From Octopus sinensis (lineage: Eukaryota), in NCBI RefSeq assembly GCF_006345805.1, contig NC_042998.1, positions 108,376,001 through 108,440,000 of the forward strand: a stretch of 64,000 nucleotides of DNA, given 5' to 3'. Below are positions 12,086 through 25,878 of the stretch, in pieces (the first letter of the stretch is position 1; each line of letters begins with the position of its first letter). The translations under genes and the position numbers were made by a program. A model generated the notes under the pieces. The model was given only the letters and a program-made list of their open reading frames with translations. It was not told where the DNA came from and made no database searches.

Positions 12086-14583
12086 CGCATGCGCATGAAT
12101 ACATGCATGCATATCCATACATATTAGTGCGTGCATGTGTGTGAATGTGTGTCCTTGGGTGTGGGGAGGTATATGCGCGCGTGCGCGCGAGAGAGTGTAT
12201 GTGTATGCATGCATGTATAAATGCCCTACATATGACCTTAAATTGCATACGGTAGTGGGTCCCCGGTTCTTAGTTCCAGGGTTTTGAGGAGTGTGGAACC
12301 ACTGCTTAACCACTATTGTTCCTCGTGTTAGTCTGTCCTGGAGTAGTAGCACCTGTCTGGATTCCAGTTATGCATTAATTAGCTTGTCGCATAATTGCTT
12401 TTAGAAGAAGGTCGCTCATAGGTCAGATGAGATTCCTTAGACACTAACCTAAGAGAACGTATCTCCGTAAAAATCCTTCATCCTGATAACTATTGGCATT
12501 GTACCTCTTTACCGTTCGAGAATTGTACCCCTTGAATCATTATCTCTTTGTCAGACATCAGCATGCACCAGCAAATTATTTGATTGCTGTAAACAAAAGC
12601 CCTTGTTCTTGTGAGATTCATCGGTCCGGAGGGTAAATTTAAGTGAAGTGACACACAATATGCTCAAAACACCGTTGTGTCTCGAAGTCCCTCTATACTA
12701 GTGGATCGCGTGTGCAATGAGCACACATGATCTAAAGGGAGGCCGTATTCTTCGATGACGAAAAGCAACAGTGATCAGCTACTAACATTAGAATCTTTCA
12801 GACCGTGTTAAGAAGAACTAGATGCGTTATTGAAATTATAAAATTTTATCAAGTGAATTGATGTTCACTTAAAAATACCAGTGCCAGAATTATTCATTCA
12901 ATTACATTTCCAAATTCAAAAACCATACAAATTGATATCATGGCTGCCGGAATAGGATTTACTCAAGCTTAATCAAAAGAAAATTTTTATTCGTGAATTT
13001 GGTAATGAAATGAGAAAGCTAAGTGCATGACTCGGTTAGAACAACCATTAATTTATGAACTAACCAAAGTGACTCTACATGTTTATTCGACACTTTAGAA
13101 AACAACAGCCGACATCCCTTCAAATTACACCCTGCCAGCTTAAAGAAGATATGGTACAATAGACATAGAAAAAAGATCGGCCAATCAGCTTTGGAATATT
13201 GTTGATTGTAGCTGTCATCAACTACGATTGAAATGGTACTAAATACCAACATCTCAACAACAACTACTACAAGTCAGTGACAACATTTCTTCTTGGTCAT
13301 TCATTCTGCTTGAAATACCAGTTAAAATTGCCTTAGATCACACTCTATCGTTGTCGTTATCATTGTAAAGAACAAGGCATTTGAGAGTAGATCGATGATG
13401 GTGTTTGAGAATAAGAGTGAAAATGGTTACAGATGGAATATAATTTTGTTTAATCAAGGGTAACAGTAGCAAAATAACAGCTACCAGAAGTCATTAATTG
13501 AACGACTATACTTTCTACTTGAACTTTTGTAGTCAATGATAGACTCTTATCAGTAATGATAAATGGATGCTGTGACATTCATAGTTTTGGTTCGGATATT
13601 ACGGGTGCTATTTCAAACGTTTTTTGAAATAGACAACGGGTCGCTTGTCGGTTACTTTTTTTATAAAGCTACAGATCTAATTTAATTTACGGTAGATTTA
13701 CAAACACGCTCGCACATACAAATGCATGCTCGCGCATACATACACATATACATACTTACATACATACCTATATTGTGGACTCTAATCGAATCAAAAAATG
13801 AGAATTCAGCTGGACACTGCCAAATCCGAACATCACCTTATGGTTGCCTGTGTGCGGAGTGAAAGTTGAAGACACTTTCTCCTGTTCTTGTCAACTCTTC
13901 TGATAAGTTTCATAACTTACGAAGAAACTGTGAAAGTGTTGCTACAGGTGTTTTGATTTGCTGAACAAACAGCACATTGAATATTATTATAGTAGCCGTG
14001 GATCGTGCAGAGCCAATCCGACTTTTTCGTTCTTCAAGCTTATATTGGTCTGTTGCAACAAGTGCTACAAGCTCAGTAGTTATCAGAAAGCAAGATCTAC
14101 TTGGAGTTACAACTAAAGAGATGAAGGGACTCATCTGCCTTGAATCCAGTAGGATGTCTGTGAGTGCCTTTCTTCCAGGTGAAATTCCATGACATGCTAA
14201 TTAACCCATAGCTAGGACCCTGATATGCATACAGGGATATATAAAGACGTATATACATGCAAACACTGCTGCTGCTGAATTTTACCCAAACAATCAGTTG
14301 AGAAAATCATCTCATCGAAGAATGTAATGTTTTACTACTACTATCAAGCCTAATACAAACTAATAGCTGAGTAAAATTCCTCTTCGAATAAAGTCATACT
14401 TATATACCCTAAAGTTATCGTACTAAAATTGCAAGTTCGCTGCATACGAATATGCAATAATATGCAGTTAGTGCGATCGAAACACGTATCGGACAATAAT
14501 TATAAATAAACTAACTGGAAATAAACGTAAAGTTTGAATGTTCAAATTCTTCATTCTCCTTATCAATATGTATGTATGGGATG

Positions 14584-14617
<34 letters not shown>

Positions 14618-14741
14618 TGTATGTATGTATGTATGTATGTATGTATGCATGCATGCATGTATGTATGTATACATATATACAGACATATGCATACATATAT
14701 ACGTATTTTTATAGATATACTTTTATAAATACACACACATT

Positions 14742-14787
<46 letters not shown>

Positions 14788-14822
14788 ATATATATATAAT
14801 ATATATATATATTATATATATA

Positions 14823-14853
<31 letters not shown>

Positions 14854-14856
<3 letters not shown>

Positions 14857-15586
14857 TAGTTATCGCCATACTAATATGGCATTCTTATAAAAATAAGAAT
14901 AAAGCTGACCGCTTATTAGCTCCATGAGGCCATCGCCTTAATTTAGCTATTTGATACACAAACTGTATCCATATAACCTTTGAACAAGGGAGGTCAGTCG
15001 CTCCACACTACTTGGCCGGCAGCTACCTTGTTCAAAGGTTATATGGATACAGTTTGTGTATCAAATAGCTAACTTAAGGCGATGGCCTCATGGAGCTAAT
15101 AAGCGGTCAGCTTTATTCTTATTTTTATAAGAATGCCATATTAGTATGGCGATAACTAATATTTTCCGGGAACGCTGCCGTTGTTCTCTTTTAGAGAGAC
15201 TTAGTAATTTTAATATTTCTATTATTGAAAACAAGTGGATGTATTCCACCGAAGCTAGGTAAATAAAACCTTTGAACAGAGATTGTCAGAAGCGACACCT
15301 ACTGGTCTGGCTACGCTGCATTGAAAAGGGGCAATACCCCGAAACGCGTCTGTAGCTACCGGCCAAGTAGTGTGGAGCGACTGACCTCCCTTGTTCAAAG
15401 GTTATATGGATACAGTTTGTGTATCAAATAGCTAACTTAAGGCGATGGCCTCATGGAGCTAATAAGCGGTCAGCTTTATTCTTATTTTTATAAGAATGCC
15501 ATATTAGTATGGCGATAACTAATATTTTCCGGGAACGCTGCCGTTGCTCTCTTTTAGAGAGACTTAGTAATTTTAATATTTCTATT
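14854..15586. mobile_element. PLE-like repeat: one inverted arm plus a partial tandem dimer of a 363-bp unit
   Basis: 14854-15026 is inverted relative to the unit; ccttgttcaaagg recurs at 15026 and 15389; TA tracts on both flanks; HHR inside. Confidence 0.85.
15315..15356 (+). ncRNA. Minimal type I HHR, U3-A8 variant
   Basis: GCTGCA-TTGAAAA-GGGG caata CCCC-GAAA-CGCG-TC-TGTAGC: 6-bp helix I, 4-bp helix II, palindromic helix III; predicted cleavage after 15350. Confidence 0.8.
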
Positions 15587-16148
15587 ATATATATATATAT
15601 ATATATATATGAACACAGCTATACATATACATGCATATACTGACTGTTTGAATCTCTGACGAGTAATCGAAGAGCCTAATTTTAAGGCACAGTTTAGGCT
15701 AGTAGCGGTTGATATAGAAGAGTCATTCAAATGTGGGTCTTTATGCGTTTCAGTGGACTTGCAGATTAAATCTTCGTTGGCCTAAATAACGCAAGAGGTT
15801 ATATGACCTTGAATTTGTAATTACTTTCAGGTATTGCCTATTTTTCGAAATGATTTTATACCATATTCTTTCCTTGACATACTATTATCACTATTTTGAA
15901 TTCGTCTACTGGTGAAAATATTAAGTTGTCATTTTGTCGTTGAAGATCGTTTCTGAGGTTAGTGCAGCTGAAGCTTGTCGTCAGATTTCTAGGTTATGTT
16001 TGGCCTATGTGAGAAAGGTCTATGTAGTTGGGTGACAACAATAGGGAAGGCGTTAAAGTTATTAATGGACTACTACCTCTAAAATTCATAATATCAATTT
16101 TATTCCTACAGAATATGAACTTGTATAATTTCCTGTACACAACAGTGA

Positions 16149-16425
16149 AGGTGCATGGCTTAGCAGTTGAGTTTTTCGGCTCATGGTCTGAAGGTCTTCA
16201 GTTCCATTCCCAACTGCGCGTTGTGCCTTTGAGCAAAGCACTTTATTTCACGTCACGCCAGACTACGGAGCTGGCAAAAATGAGCTGTACTTGTTATTCA
16301 AAAAGCTAGTATTGTCGCATTCTGTGTCAAGCCGAATCTCCCTGAGAATTACGTTAGGACACACGAGTAGGCTGTTCCGTTGATCGGATCAACTGGAACC
16401 CTACTCGTCGTAACCGACGGAGGGC
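16149..16425 (+). mobile_element. tRNA-derived SINE family 3, degraded
   Basis: A-box-like TGGCTTAGCAG, B-box-like AGTTCCATTCCC, then GTTGTGCCTTTGAGCAAAGCACTTTA, similar to conserved SINE central domains. Confidence 0.6.
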
Positions 16426-19050
16426 CATTTTTTAAATATTTCTATATACAATTTATTATAAAACACGCTGTTTTATTCTGCTACGATGGAATGGGCCAAT
16501 ATGCAATATTTCTAAATGGTTCTCCCCGGATCACTCTGATTGGAAATATTTGTCAAATATTTGAGGTGCTACTAACAGAATATCGTTTCAGCAAGTTTCA
16601 GGTTTAGAAATTTCTGTTGGATTATAAAAGCTACAGAGATAAATAAAGTCACCTTTGAAATTAACTAATTTACCCAAATTATTGCCAAGTAGCTATTTAA
16701 ATCTTCCTAAAAGTTTTGATAGAATTAAATCAGTGGTTAATATGTCGGTCTATTGGATAAAGTCAAGTGAATATTCAAGCAATATGATTTTTCGTCAGCT
16801 CTGTTACTAAGTGTCTCCTACCATGCTTGACTAACTGGAAAGACAAGAAATAGATGAGCGGGTCAGTGACTTGTAGTGCCGGGACCAGATCTACACAAAT
16901 AGAATTAAATTACAAAAATAAAGGTTCATCGGACTTTTAGAAATAATTCATAGCCACTTACTACTAAGTTAAATAGCTTTTAGAATCCTTCTATCCGTTA
17001 TATTCCGAGGAAGTTTTTCCAACCAAGTGCCTAAATCATACTACTTTATTCCTGACGATATAATTAAAATAGGTAATCGATTTTAATATGTAATATTCAT
17101 AAAACCTGTATGCTTGGGGAATGTAAACAAGTTGGAGCTTGCAGTCGCAAGAAAATTCAATACTAATACATTTGTGTCGAGTTGCCTGTCTAGAAAATCT
17201 GTAGCATATCTAACAGTACATAACGCCTACTCAAATGTACTATGCTTGACGTATGTTTGTACAACGATAAAAGGAAAAAAATTACAATTACCAATCATCT
17301 AGCCTATGTGAATTTATACAAATCCTAAAAGGCAAATTAATTTCGCATTTTAAAACTTTAAATATGAAGTTAGTACGAATGTACATGTGCATAAAACCCT
17401 AAGGGGTGGCGAATTGTTTTATCTTATGCATAGATTTGTCGAAAAATAACGCCTATATTTACTCATATGCATACACCTGCATACATACGTATAACAACAC
17501 ATGTACAAATGCACATCACACCCATAGCTTTTTACAGATGTAATAATACTATAAATACATTTAATCAGAAATTTTATATTTATATATGTAGTTAAACCAA
17601 CCCATTGATTGTTGTTACTCATTTGTGCTTGATTGTGTGTGTGTGTGTATGTATACCGTGTTACTTATGTAGTATAATTATATTTTCATTATATCTTCAA
17701 CAAAGCTATGATTGTCAAATTTGAAATATTGTTGAATTCAATTTAAAATACTTCATTCTACTAATTCAAGTGAAACTTAATTTTATTACTTAATTTGTAA
17801 AAGTTCTTGAAAACATGTTTCTTGTCATGTAAATCTGGCACCGTGCCAATGTCTACCCGCTTGCTTGACCTGCTCAAAAGAACAAAATCACCCACAAGTC
17901 GAATTTTACCAGCTTAAAAAAAAGAATGAGATTGGGTTGTGGTATATGGGATACCTTTGAACTTAGGTCTGCTTGATGAGTGCTAATTTGATGTAAACGA
18001 CGGATACTAGAACCACTACTCGCTTTATTTTTCATGTAAGTTGATAGGCTTACTCTGATATATAAAACTATATGTAATAATTCAGGGATTGTATACGGAT
18101 TTAGAAATACATTATTTATTAAACATTCACGGTTATAATGATAGTATAAAGACGCAACTACGAATTATCGCGAGGATTTTTCTTCCTTCATACTGCCCGA
18201 GCCGAAAAGCTTGGAATTTTTAATTTCCTTACTCTTTTTTTAGGTATTACGTTTTCTTTGGATTATTTGCTGGCTGTGAAGATATTTCCTCAGATTCTGG
18301 ATTCTTATGTTAATTGTAGCATACCAAAATTAACTGAAACATATCTTTTGAGGATAGTTATATTAAAAAGTATCTTCCAATTAATGCACATAGATACAAT
18401 TTTAATAGCAATGTTTACATAATTACAAGCACAAAATAAATATTCATTCATAAATCTACAAATGAAATGTTCAATGAATAAAAACATTAGAATAAAAAAT
18501 AAACAATACTTTAGAAATTACCCAATTATAATTTCATCAATGCATATGAGACATTATCAATATTCATGAAGTCTAATTACATATTCCTTAAAGAAAAAAA
18601 AACAAATTCCAATTAATACAATACAAATTTATACGCATTAAGACCATCCCTATTATTTTAAACAACTTAAGAAATAGAGTAAATAAGTAAATATTTTATT
18701 ATAATATTTCGAGGTCTTCTTTGCAACAACAAGATATATCGTAACATTAATTATCAGCCTGTCAGAAGCTTAAAACAAGTTACTTGAAACAACCAATTGT
18801 ATGATAATTACCGCCTATTACTCGAATTTATCACTTGTTTATACCATTTTTACCAAAGTAGGAAAGGAATGATGAGAATATATTCGAGTGTTCAACAGCT
18901 AAATTAAATATTAACCGTGCATGAACATTCCAACACTAAATCAGGTGGATGTGTGGAGGCGGCAACTAAAGGGGATATTTCGTCTCCCTTTGCGGAGAGA
19001 GCATATTATATATAATTTATACACAAAGCCTCTTCTTCTTCTTCTTCTTC

Positions 19051-19150
19051 NNNNNNNNNNNNNNNNNNNNNNNNNNNNNNNNNNNNNNNNNNNNNNNNNN
19101 NNNNNNNNNNNNNNNNNNNNNNNNNNNNNNNNNNNNNNNNNNNNNNNNNN
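19051..19150. other. Assembly gap (100 N)
   Basis: Run of N following a (CTT)n tract. Confidence 1.
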
Positions 19151-20262
19151 CCTCCCCGTCACCGTTCCCTCTCTCTATTCCCCCTCCTCCTCGACTCTCT
19201 CGTCACTGACACGTGATCAGAGGGAAGCCATCTTTACAACTGCTATCTTCACCAAGACCAGACCACTTAACCTCTCTCTCTCATAAGCTTAATGCGTTCA
19301 GAATAATTTTCCCATAGTCTTGGCTTATCAGCACTCATCGTTTGTTTTTACTGTGTTATTCTCTTTGTTCTGTCTTTTACTGTTTTTACTTTTAATGTTT
19401 TTACTGTCTTGTTTTGTTCTTACTATCCTGTTCTTGTTACCACTTTTACCCCTCCGCAAAAAATCCCAAATTTTATTTAATTTGCTTTGCGGGAAGGACT
19501 GTTTCAACGAAGTTGCGTCTTGTCCTTACTTTCGAAAACGTGGTGTAGACGAAACAGGGACAACTGAAGAAGTGTTGTAGGTCTTGTACTCTGTTTTTAC
19601 GTTGTTTGAAAAAAAGGTCGTTTCCATGTTTTTGTTTTTATGCTTTCGTTTCTCATTGTGTTTAACGTTGTTTTGATGTCCTGTACCCATATATGCATGT
19701 ATATATACATATAGATGTAGGTATTTACATATATGTATGTATATATGCATATATTTATATATTATTTATATTATTATATGATCGAACGCGACGCATCCTG
19801 TTCCAAGTAAGTTATATATATATATATACATACTTACGTTGGGTTTCTTTCAGCTTTTGTCGGTTATTGCCTATAACTTACATATCATATACACTAATCT
19901 GTCTGCTAGTCCACGGTTTTTTTTTAGTTGCATATGGATTATTATTTCTTTGCTGTCTTTGCATAGCTGTACGGCCATATTTGTTTTTTTTATTTCGTTT
20001 TTAATATGTCCATTTTCGTATTCCTTCTTCATCCATATTTGCTCGTCTTGTTTTATTATGTTTTGGTAGCATTTCCAGCAAGTTCTCCAACCTATTGCCT
20101 TCTGAGTGGACGCAATATTATCGATAATGGAATGAAATTGCTTTCGACACGGATGAGGAATTGGTGACCTTCTATTTCTGCTTACCGTTCATCTGTGCAT
20201 TCAGCAGTGCATTTGGCATATGTCTTTCCGTTCGTTTGTTTACTACTATACGTGTTTGACTT

Positions 20263-20334
<72 letters not shown>

Positions 20335-20364
20335 ACCCACCCACACACACACACACACACAAAC

Positions 20365-21260
20365 ACATAGTAACGAAGCTAAAGCATGGAAAGTGAAACC
20401 TCTTGTCACAGATTGACCTTCAACTCTGGTGTGCAAGCGCACTAAGTCTTAACGTTTTAGCTCACTTCCATTGTTTACAGCAGTGCGAGGAAGGAAGTGT
20501 GTAATGTGTGATCATCGCATTGACCATGACAGAGAAAGTTGAGCAGATAATCTAAATCAAATTTTGCCAAAAGCTTGGCGATACCTGCTTAGAGGCCTAC
20601 GCAAAGTTTTCAAAAAATATTTTCATCGTTTTCGACACAATCAAGGTGATATTGTGCAACTGAAACCAGTGTGTCTATTTGGTCAGCTGAAAGCAATTTT
20701 GGCACAAACTTGGCAGACACGCATTTCATACTCAAATATTCAATGATAACGGACTGAACTGAACCGTAACTAATCTGCATATCCTCTGATAACTCACAGA
20801 TGGTGATTCGACGATTTCCCCTCACAGCTGGTGATTCGACGATTTCCATTCACAGCTGCACGCACATCTGAGATATTTTTCTCAGTTCTGCTGGTTGCAG
20901 TTCTCCCAGAACTTTCGTCAATATCGACATTTTTTCGGCCATCTTGGAAACGTCTGAACCACTCATACACTTGTGTGCGGCTCATATACTCCTCTCCATA
21001 CACTTTCTGCAACTTTGCGTAGGCCTGTAAGCAGATATCACCATGACAGCTTTCTCTGCCATGATCAATGCGACGATCACACGCTAAGCACCCCACTTCC
21101 AAGCACTGCTGTAAACAGCGGAAGCTAGCTAGAACGTTAAAACGTAGTGCACATGCACAGCAGAGTTCAAGGTCAATCTTTTCCAAGTGGTTTCTCTCTG
21201 CGTGCTTTAGCTTCGTTACTATGGCAACAGTCCGGATACTTAGTGATCAGACCTCGTATA
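20365..21260 (-). mobile_element. Mariner derivative with two 5' ends facing inward
   Basis: Minus strand encodes the HTH region (AYAKLQKVYGEEYMSRTQVYEWFRRFQDGR..SAKFVPKLLS); about 20366-20600 is an inverted copy of 21010-21230; terminus tacgaggtctgatca retained only on the right. Confidence 0.85.
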
Positions 21261-23344
21261 TATGTAGATATGAACAAATATGAGCTGAAAGAAATAACTC
21301 ACAATGGTAAGTGGCTGGTATATGAACAACATAGACAAATACAGCTATATCAACTAACACATAAGATAAATTATTAATTTACTAAAATTGTTTCCGTGTC
21401 TAGACATTGCGCCATAATTAACAAATGACAAATAAGACCAGCGCCGTATGAGAGGGAGAGATAATCTCAAGATTAAAGCAATCTCCAAAGTTGATACGCC
21501 ATTAAGGAAAAAGACAGGTTTAGTGTCTGGAGATACGTGAACGTTCGTGACACGTCTTTCTGACCCAAATGTTTTCATCAGCACGACAACTGTCCACCCT
21601 TATCTCCAGTAGTCAAGATTAGAATACATTTATGGCCCAGGTAATTTGCAAATTTGAAAAAAAAAATACTCTTCATAACGGAAGAGCGTGAGTGTTTCGA
21701 GAGGAATTAGATATATACATGTCAAAGTAGTGAGCGTGTTAGTGTTGATACTGACAGTTCTATTTACAACACAGTATCTTGACAGTCGCAACTCTTGGAA
21801 ACTGCCAAGTTTAAGAATTTGTGAGCCGTCACGTTTCGCAATAACACATGACTAAGTTCCTGACACACAGCGTATCAGTGAAATGCCTTTTTTGTTGTCA
21901 TCAGATTCGGCCCCTTTGATAGAGTTCTAGAACAAATGTAACTGAACACAACTGTGTTGACGTCATCACTTGAAAATTCAAGGTGTGTTTCTTATAATTT
22001 GGCTGCCTAAATTAATGCTGACGTCACTACCCAATCTGAAAGATTTGTTTATATACATCAATTTGTAAAGTAAATAGTCCGGTTTCAAGTAAAGATAAAG
22101 ACCTACAACACATTTTATAGTGTAGATAATTAAATATCGGTTTCAAACTTTGGCACAAGGCCAAACATTTCTAGAAGAGGTATGTCAATTAGTTCGATTC
22201 CAGTGCTCAACTGGTACTATTTTGTCGACCCAGAATAGATGAAACACAAAGTCAACTTCGGCGGAATTTAAAGACGAAGATAATGAAATATTCAGCTCGG
22301 AGACACATTGTTTTCTACATGAAGAGTGTCATATTCCCAACATTTACCAATATACAAAACTATTGCATAGAACAAACGACAGTACTTCTACACGATCTTT
22401 CAATTTGGTAAGATATAGCAGTCAAAACTCCATTAAACAACACTCTACCATATTAAAAATAGAAGGACACATAGCCCTAAGAGTATGAGACAGTCACGGC
22501 CTAAATGCCTTTAATCATAGACCTCCCCGATCAAGTTTGGTCTGGCTGCTTAACAACAGACAATATGTATTGGGACCTGTAATTATGTACACGCATTTGT
22601 AATTTAGGATAAAAATATTATTAAAAAGATTTCCCAACTATATGATAATCATAGGTAGCACACATACACATTCACCTGCGCACACATACATACGCATAGA
22701 CACACATACATACACACACACAGACACACATATACACAAAACTCTCTTACTGTCTTTTAAATTATTGCCTTCTCTTCGTTAGAATATCCATAGGCAGTTG
22801 CCTTGAATTCGATTATTCAGTCATTCAAACACTAATTACAATTACATTTTAATTCATGAATGCATTATACGCAATTAATTATCCTTCAATTAATCTAAAT
22901 GCAGGTGCCAATTTACAACATGCCAATATTGATTAGGCTGTACAGAGCGGCCCTCTTTTCAAATTGTTAGCGAACTAAAACCAGAAAATTAAGCTGACTC
23001 GAAAAACTATAATCAAACCTGTTTTGTATTTCATCTTGCAATAATAGTTTCATAGAAAACCTAAAGTTGTTTTAATTAAACATTACACGAATGATGTGGT
23101 ACAGAAAATAAATTAGATTATTCAGTCTTTTGTGGGGTTTCCCTTACTTATAGATGGTCCATAGTAACTGGACAAAAAAAATTAAGAACTTAATATATAT
23201 TTTACTGATTTTAGCTTGAAATTAGCAGATAAACATATGCATACATGCATACAAATATACGTACATATTTATACATACTCACATACATAAGCACACACAC
23301 ACACACGCGCGCACACACACATACACACATACACACGTATATGT

Positions 23345-23351
23345 ATATGTA

Positions 23352-23420
<69 letters not shown>

Positions 23421-23427
23421 CTATCTT

Positions 23428-23495
<68 letters not shown>
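23345..23495. repeat. (TATC)n microsatellite
   Basis: Direct reading; a second tract, (GATA)n, at about 25773-25878. Confidence 0.95.
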
Positions 23496-23590
23496 ACTAT
23501 CCCCATCTCCTTCCTCTCTCTCTCTACGCCATGTTTTCACGCGATAAATTCTTATAAATTTTATTCTATTATTTATATTATTAGTCTATT

Positions 23591-23632
<42 letters not shown>

Positions 23633-23637
<5 letters not shown>

Positions 23638-24115
23638 CAACAATTGAGGGTAAAATTAATTAATTAATTAATCAATTTCACCAAGTATTCAGTATGCAAA
23701 GGGACCATTTAAGGCAAATTCAAATTATTACATTATATAAAAGGGCTTAGTAAAATAAATTACTTTGCCGCATACTGAACTCGTTAGAAATAGCAGCCAA
23801 AAAAACTTTTTATAAAACTATTTCTAACACTTAAAGAAAACCTCTCTCATATAGTGTTTGCTCAATTCAACTCAAGAAAGTATGAGGGTAGAGACATTAA
23901 AAATCAAATGCAAAGGTTTGCATTTGATAACCTTTGCATTTGATTTTTAATGTCTCTACCCTCATACTTTCTTGAGTTGAATTGAGCAAACACTATATGA
24001 GAGAGGTTTTCTTTAAGTGTTAGAAATAGTTTTATAAAAAGTTTTTTTGGCTGCTATTTCTAACGAGTTCAGTATGCAGCAAAGTAATTTATTTTACTAA
24101 GCCCTTTTATATAAT
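23633..24115. mobile_element. PLE-like terminal fragment with near-perfect palindrome of about 187-bp arms (family A)
   Basis: Arms 23732-23918 and 23929-24115, one mismatch seen; TA tracts on both sides. Confidence 0.75.
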
Positions 24116-24497
24116 ATATATATATATATATATGTATATAACGAACAAAATTGCTAGTTCTAAAATCTCTAAACGAGATATAAGTATTAACAATTCTAGG
24201 CGGTAACATGGGTGTTCTATAAAGAACTACACACACACACACACATACACACACACACACACACACATATGTATATAGTTCTTTATAGAACAGCCATGTT
24301 GTAGTGGTTGATGAAATCCGGGTGGATTTGTTATTTTTCTCTCTTTACCTACGTGAATTTAGGGTATTGCTGTCTGGGAGATATCTTATGGTAGAGGAAT
24401 AGTATTTAACTGCTATTTTTTAATTTTGGTATGTGGTTAAGCAATTTGCAGAATCCTAATTATAATTATGCTTATAATTATAGAATTTTTTATTATT

Positions 24498-24561
<64 letters not shown>

Positions 24562-24619
24562 ATATGAGAAATTAAAAAAGGAAAATACGCACACTTACAT
24601 AGTTTTAATATAATTTTTA

Positions 24620-24657
24620 ATATATCGACCGTTTCGCTATCGCTATTCATGATATAT
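24620..24657 (-). ncRNA. Minimal type I HHR, A3-U8 variant
   Basis: ATATATC-ATGAATA-GC gata GC-GAAA-CGG-TC-GATATAT: 7-bp helix I, 2-bp helix II. Helix I is low complexity, which lowers confidence. Confidence 0.6.
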
Positions 24658-24763
24658 GTTTTAGTTATTTGAATATGTATTTTTTCTTAAGAAGAAATTT
24701 TGTCCATGTTGTGTTCCTCTTTTCTGATACTACTATATACACACACACACACACACACACACC

Positions 24764-24802
<39 letters not shown>

Positions 24803-24867
24803 TTAGTGATAGTAGGCCCCTTCATTTCACCATATAAAAAATAATTTTTATTTTAAATACCTACTAT

Positions 24868-24980
24868 TTTATAACTTGGCTACACGTGTTTCATGGGGTA
24901 CATTTCCCGGTTCCTAAACCACTCCGTGTTTTGCTGGAACCCTTCTTAAAATGTAACCCCAATCATCAGGCCCTTATATC
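24868..24980 (-). ncRNA. Type I HHR with extended helix II
   Basis: GGC-CTGATGA-T-TGGGGTTACATTT..AAATGTACCCCA-T-GAAA-CACGTG-TA-GCC. Confidence 0.8.
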
Positions 24981-25392
24981 ACTTTATCATCGTTCAATAC
25001 TATAAACTATATTTTAATTTTTTAAAACCCATAAGTATGTGTAAAATAGGTACGTACGAAAAAAAAATACGAAAAATTTACAAAATTTTATTTTTATACG
25101 TATATATATTTTTTTGCCATTCCTTTCATTTTATATAATTTTATATTATCACAAGTATATATTTTATTTTTAATCCTATTTATTACTAACATAGATTTTA
25201 TAAATTTTTCGTTTTTTTGTCGCATTTTTATTTCTTATTTTACTTTTGTAATTTTTATTTGAATTTCTATCCGAATTATGGTTTGTATTGTAGGGTCCAG
25301 CGAACCTAATTTACACGTACCTATTTTACACATACTTATGGGTTTAAAAAAACTTAAAATATAGTTTATAGTATTGAACGATGATAAAGTGA

Positions 25393-25495
25393 TATAAGGG
25401 CCTGATGATTGGGGTTATATTTTAAGAAGGGTTCCAGCATAATACGGAGTGGTTTAGGAAATGTACCTCATGAAACACGTGTAGCCAAGTTATAA
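25393..25495 (+). ncRNA. Type I HHR with extended helix II (second copy)
   Basis: CTGATGA at 25402-25408, GAAA at 25472-25475, CACGTG-TA-GCC at 25476-25486. Confidence 0.8.
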
Positions 25496-25714
25496 AATAG
25501 TAGGTATTTAAAATAAAAATTCTTTTTTATATGGTGAGATAAAGGGGCTTACTATCTCTAAATGAATATATATATTTCTTCATTGAGAATAATTTGAACC
25601 CCTGTTATGCCGGAATTTTAATTCCCTAACAAATAAAATTAAATATATATATGTATATATGCATATATGTATATGTATATATAATACTTATATATATGTA
25701 TATATTATATATAT

Positions 25715-25878
<164 letters not shown>

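Larger units (their letters stand above)
24798..25565. mobile_element. Head-to-head PLE-like inverted repeat (arms about 260 bp)
   Basis: 24798-25058 is the reverse complement of about 25315-25565 with scattered differences; each arm has an HHR. Confidence 0.85.

Noticed and set aside
13780-14200. Non-repetitive, relatively GC-rich stretch with short ORFs on both strands
   Set aside because: Stops break all frames and no family motif was recognised; probably an old repeat remnant.
19480-19580. Structured segment with CTGAAGA and GAAAC words
   Set aside because: Motifs are not in an order or pairing compatible with hammerhead types I-III.
23950-24005. Decayed HHR trace in family A (CTCATA..AAACAC-TA-TATGAG; similar traces near 10820 and 1980)
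   Set aside because: Helix I and site position fit, but core and GAAA are broken; not called as a ribozyme.
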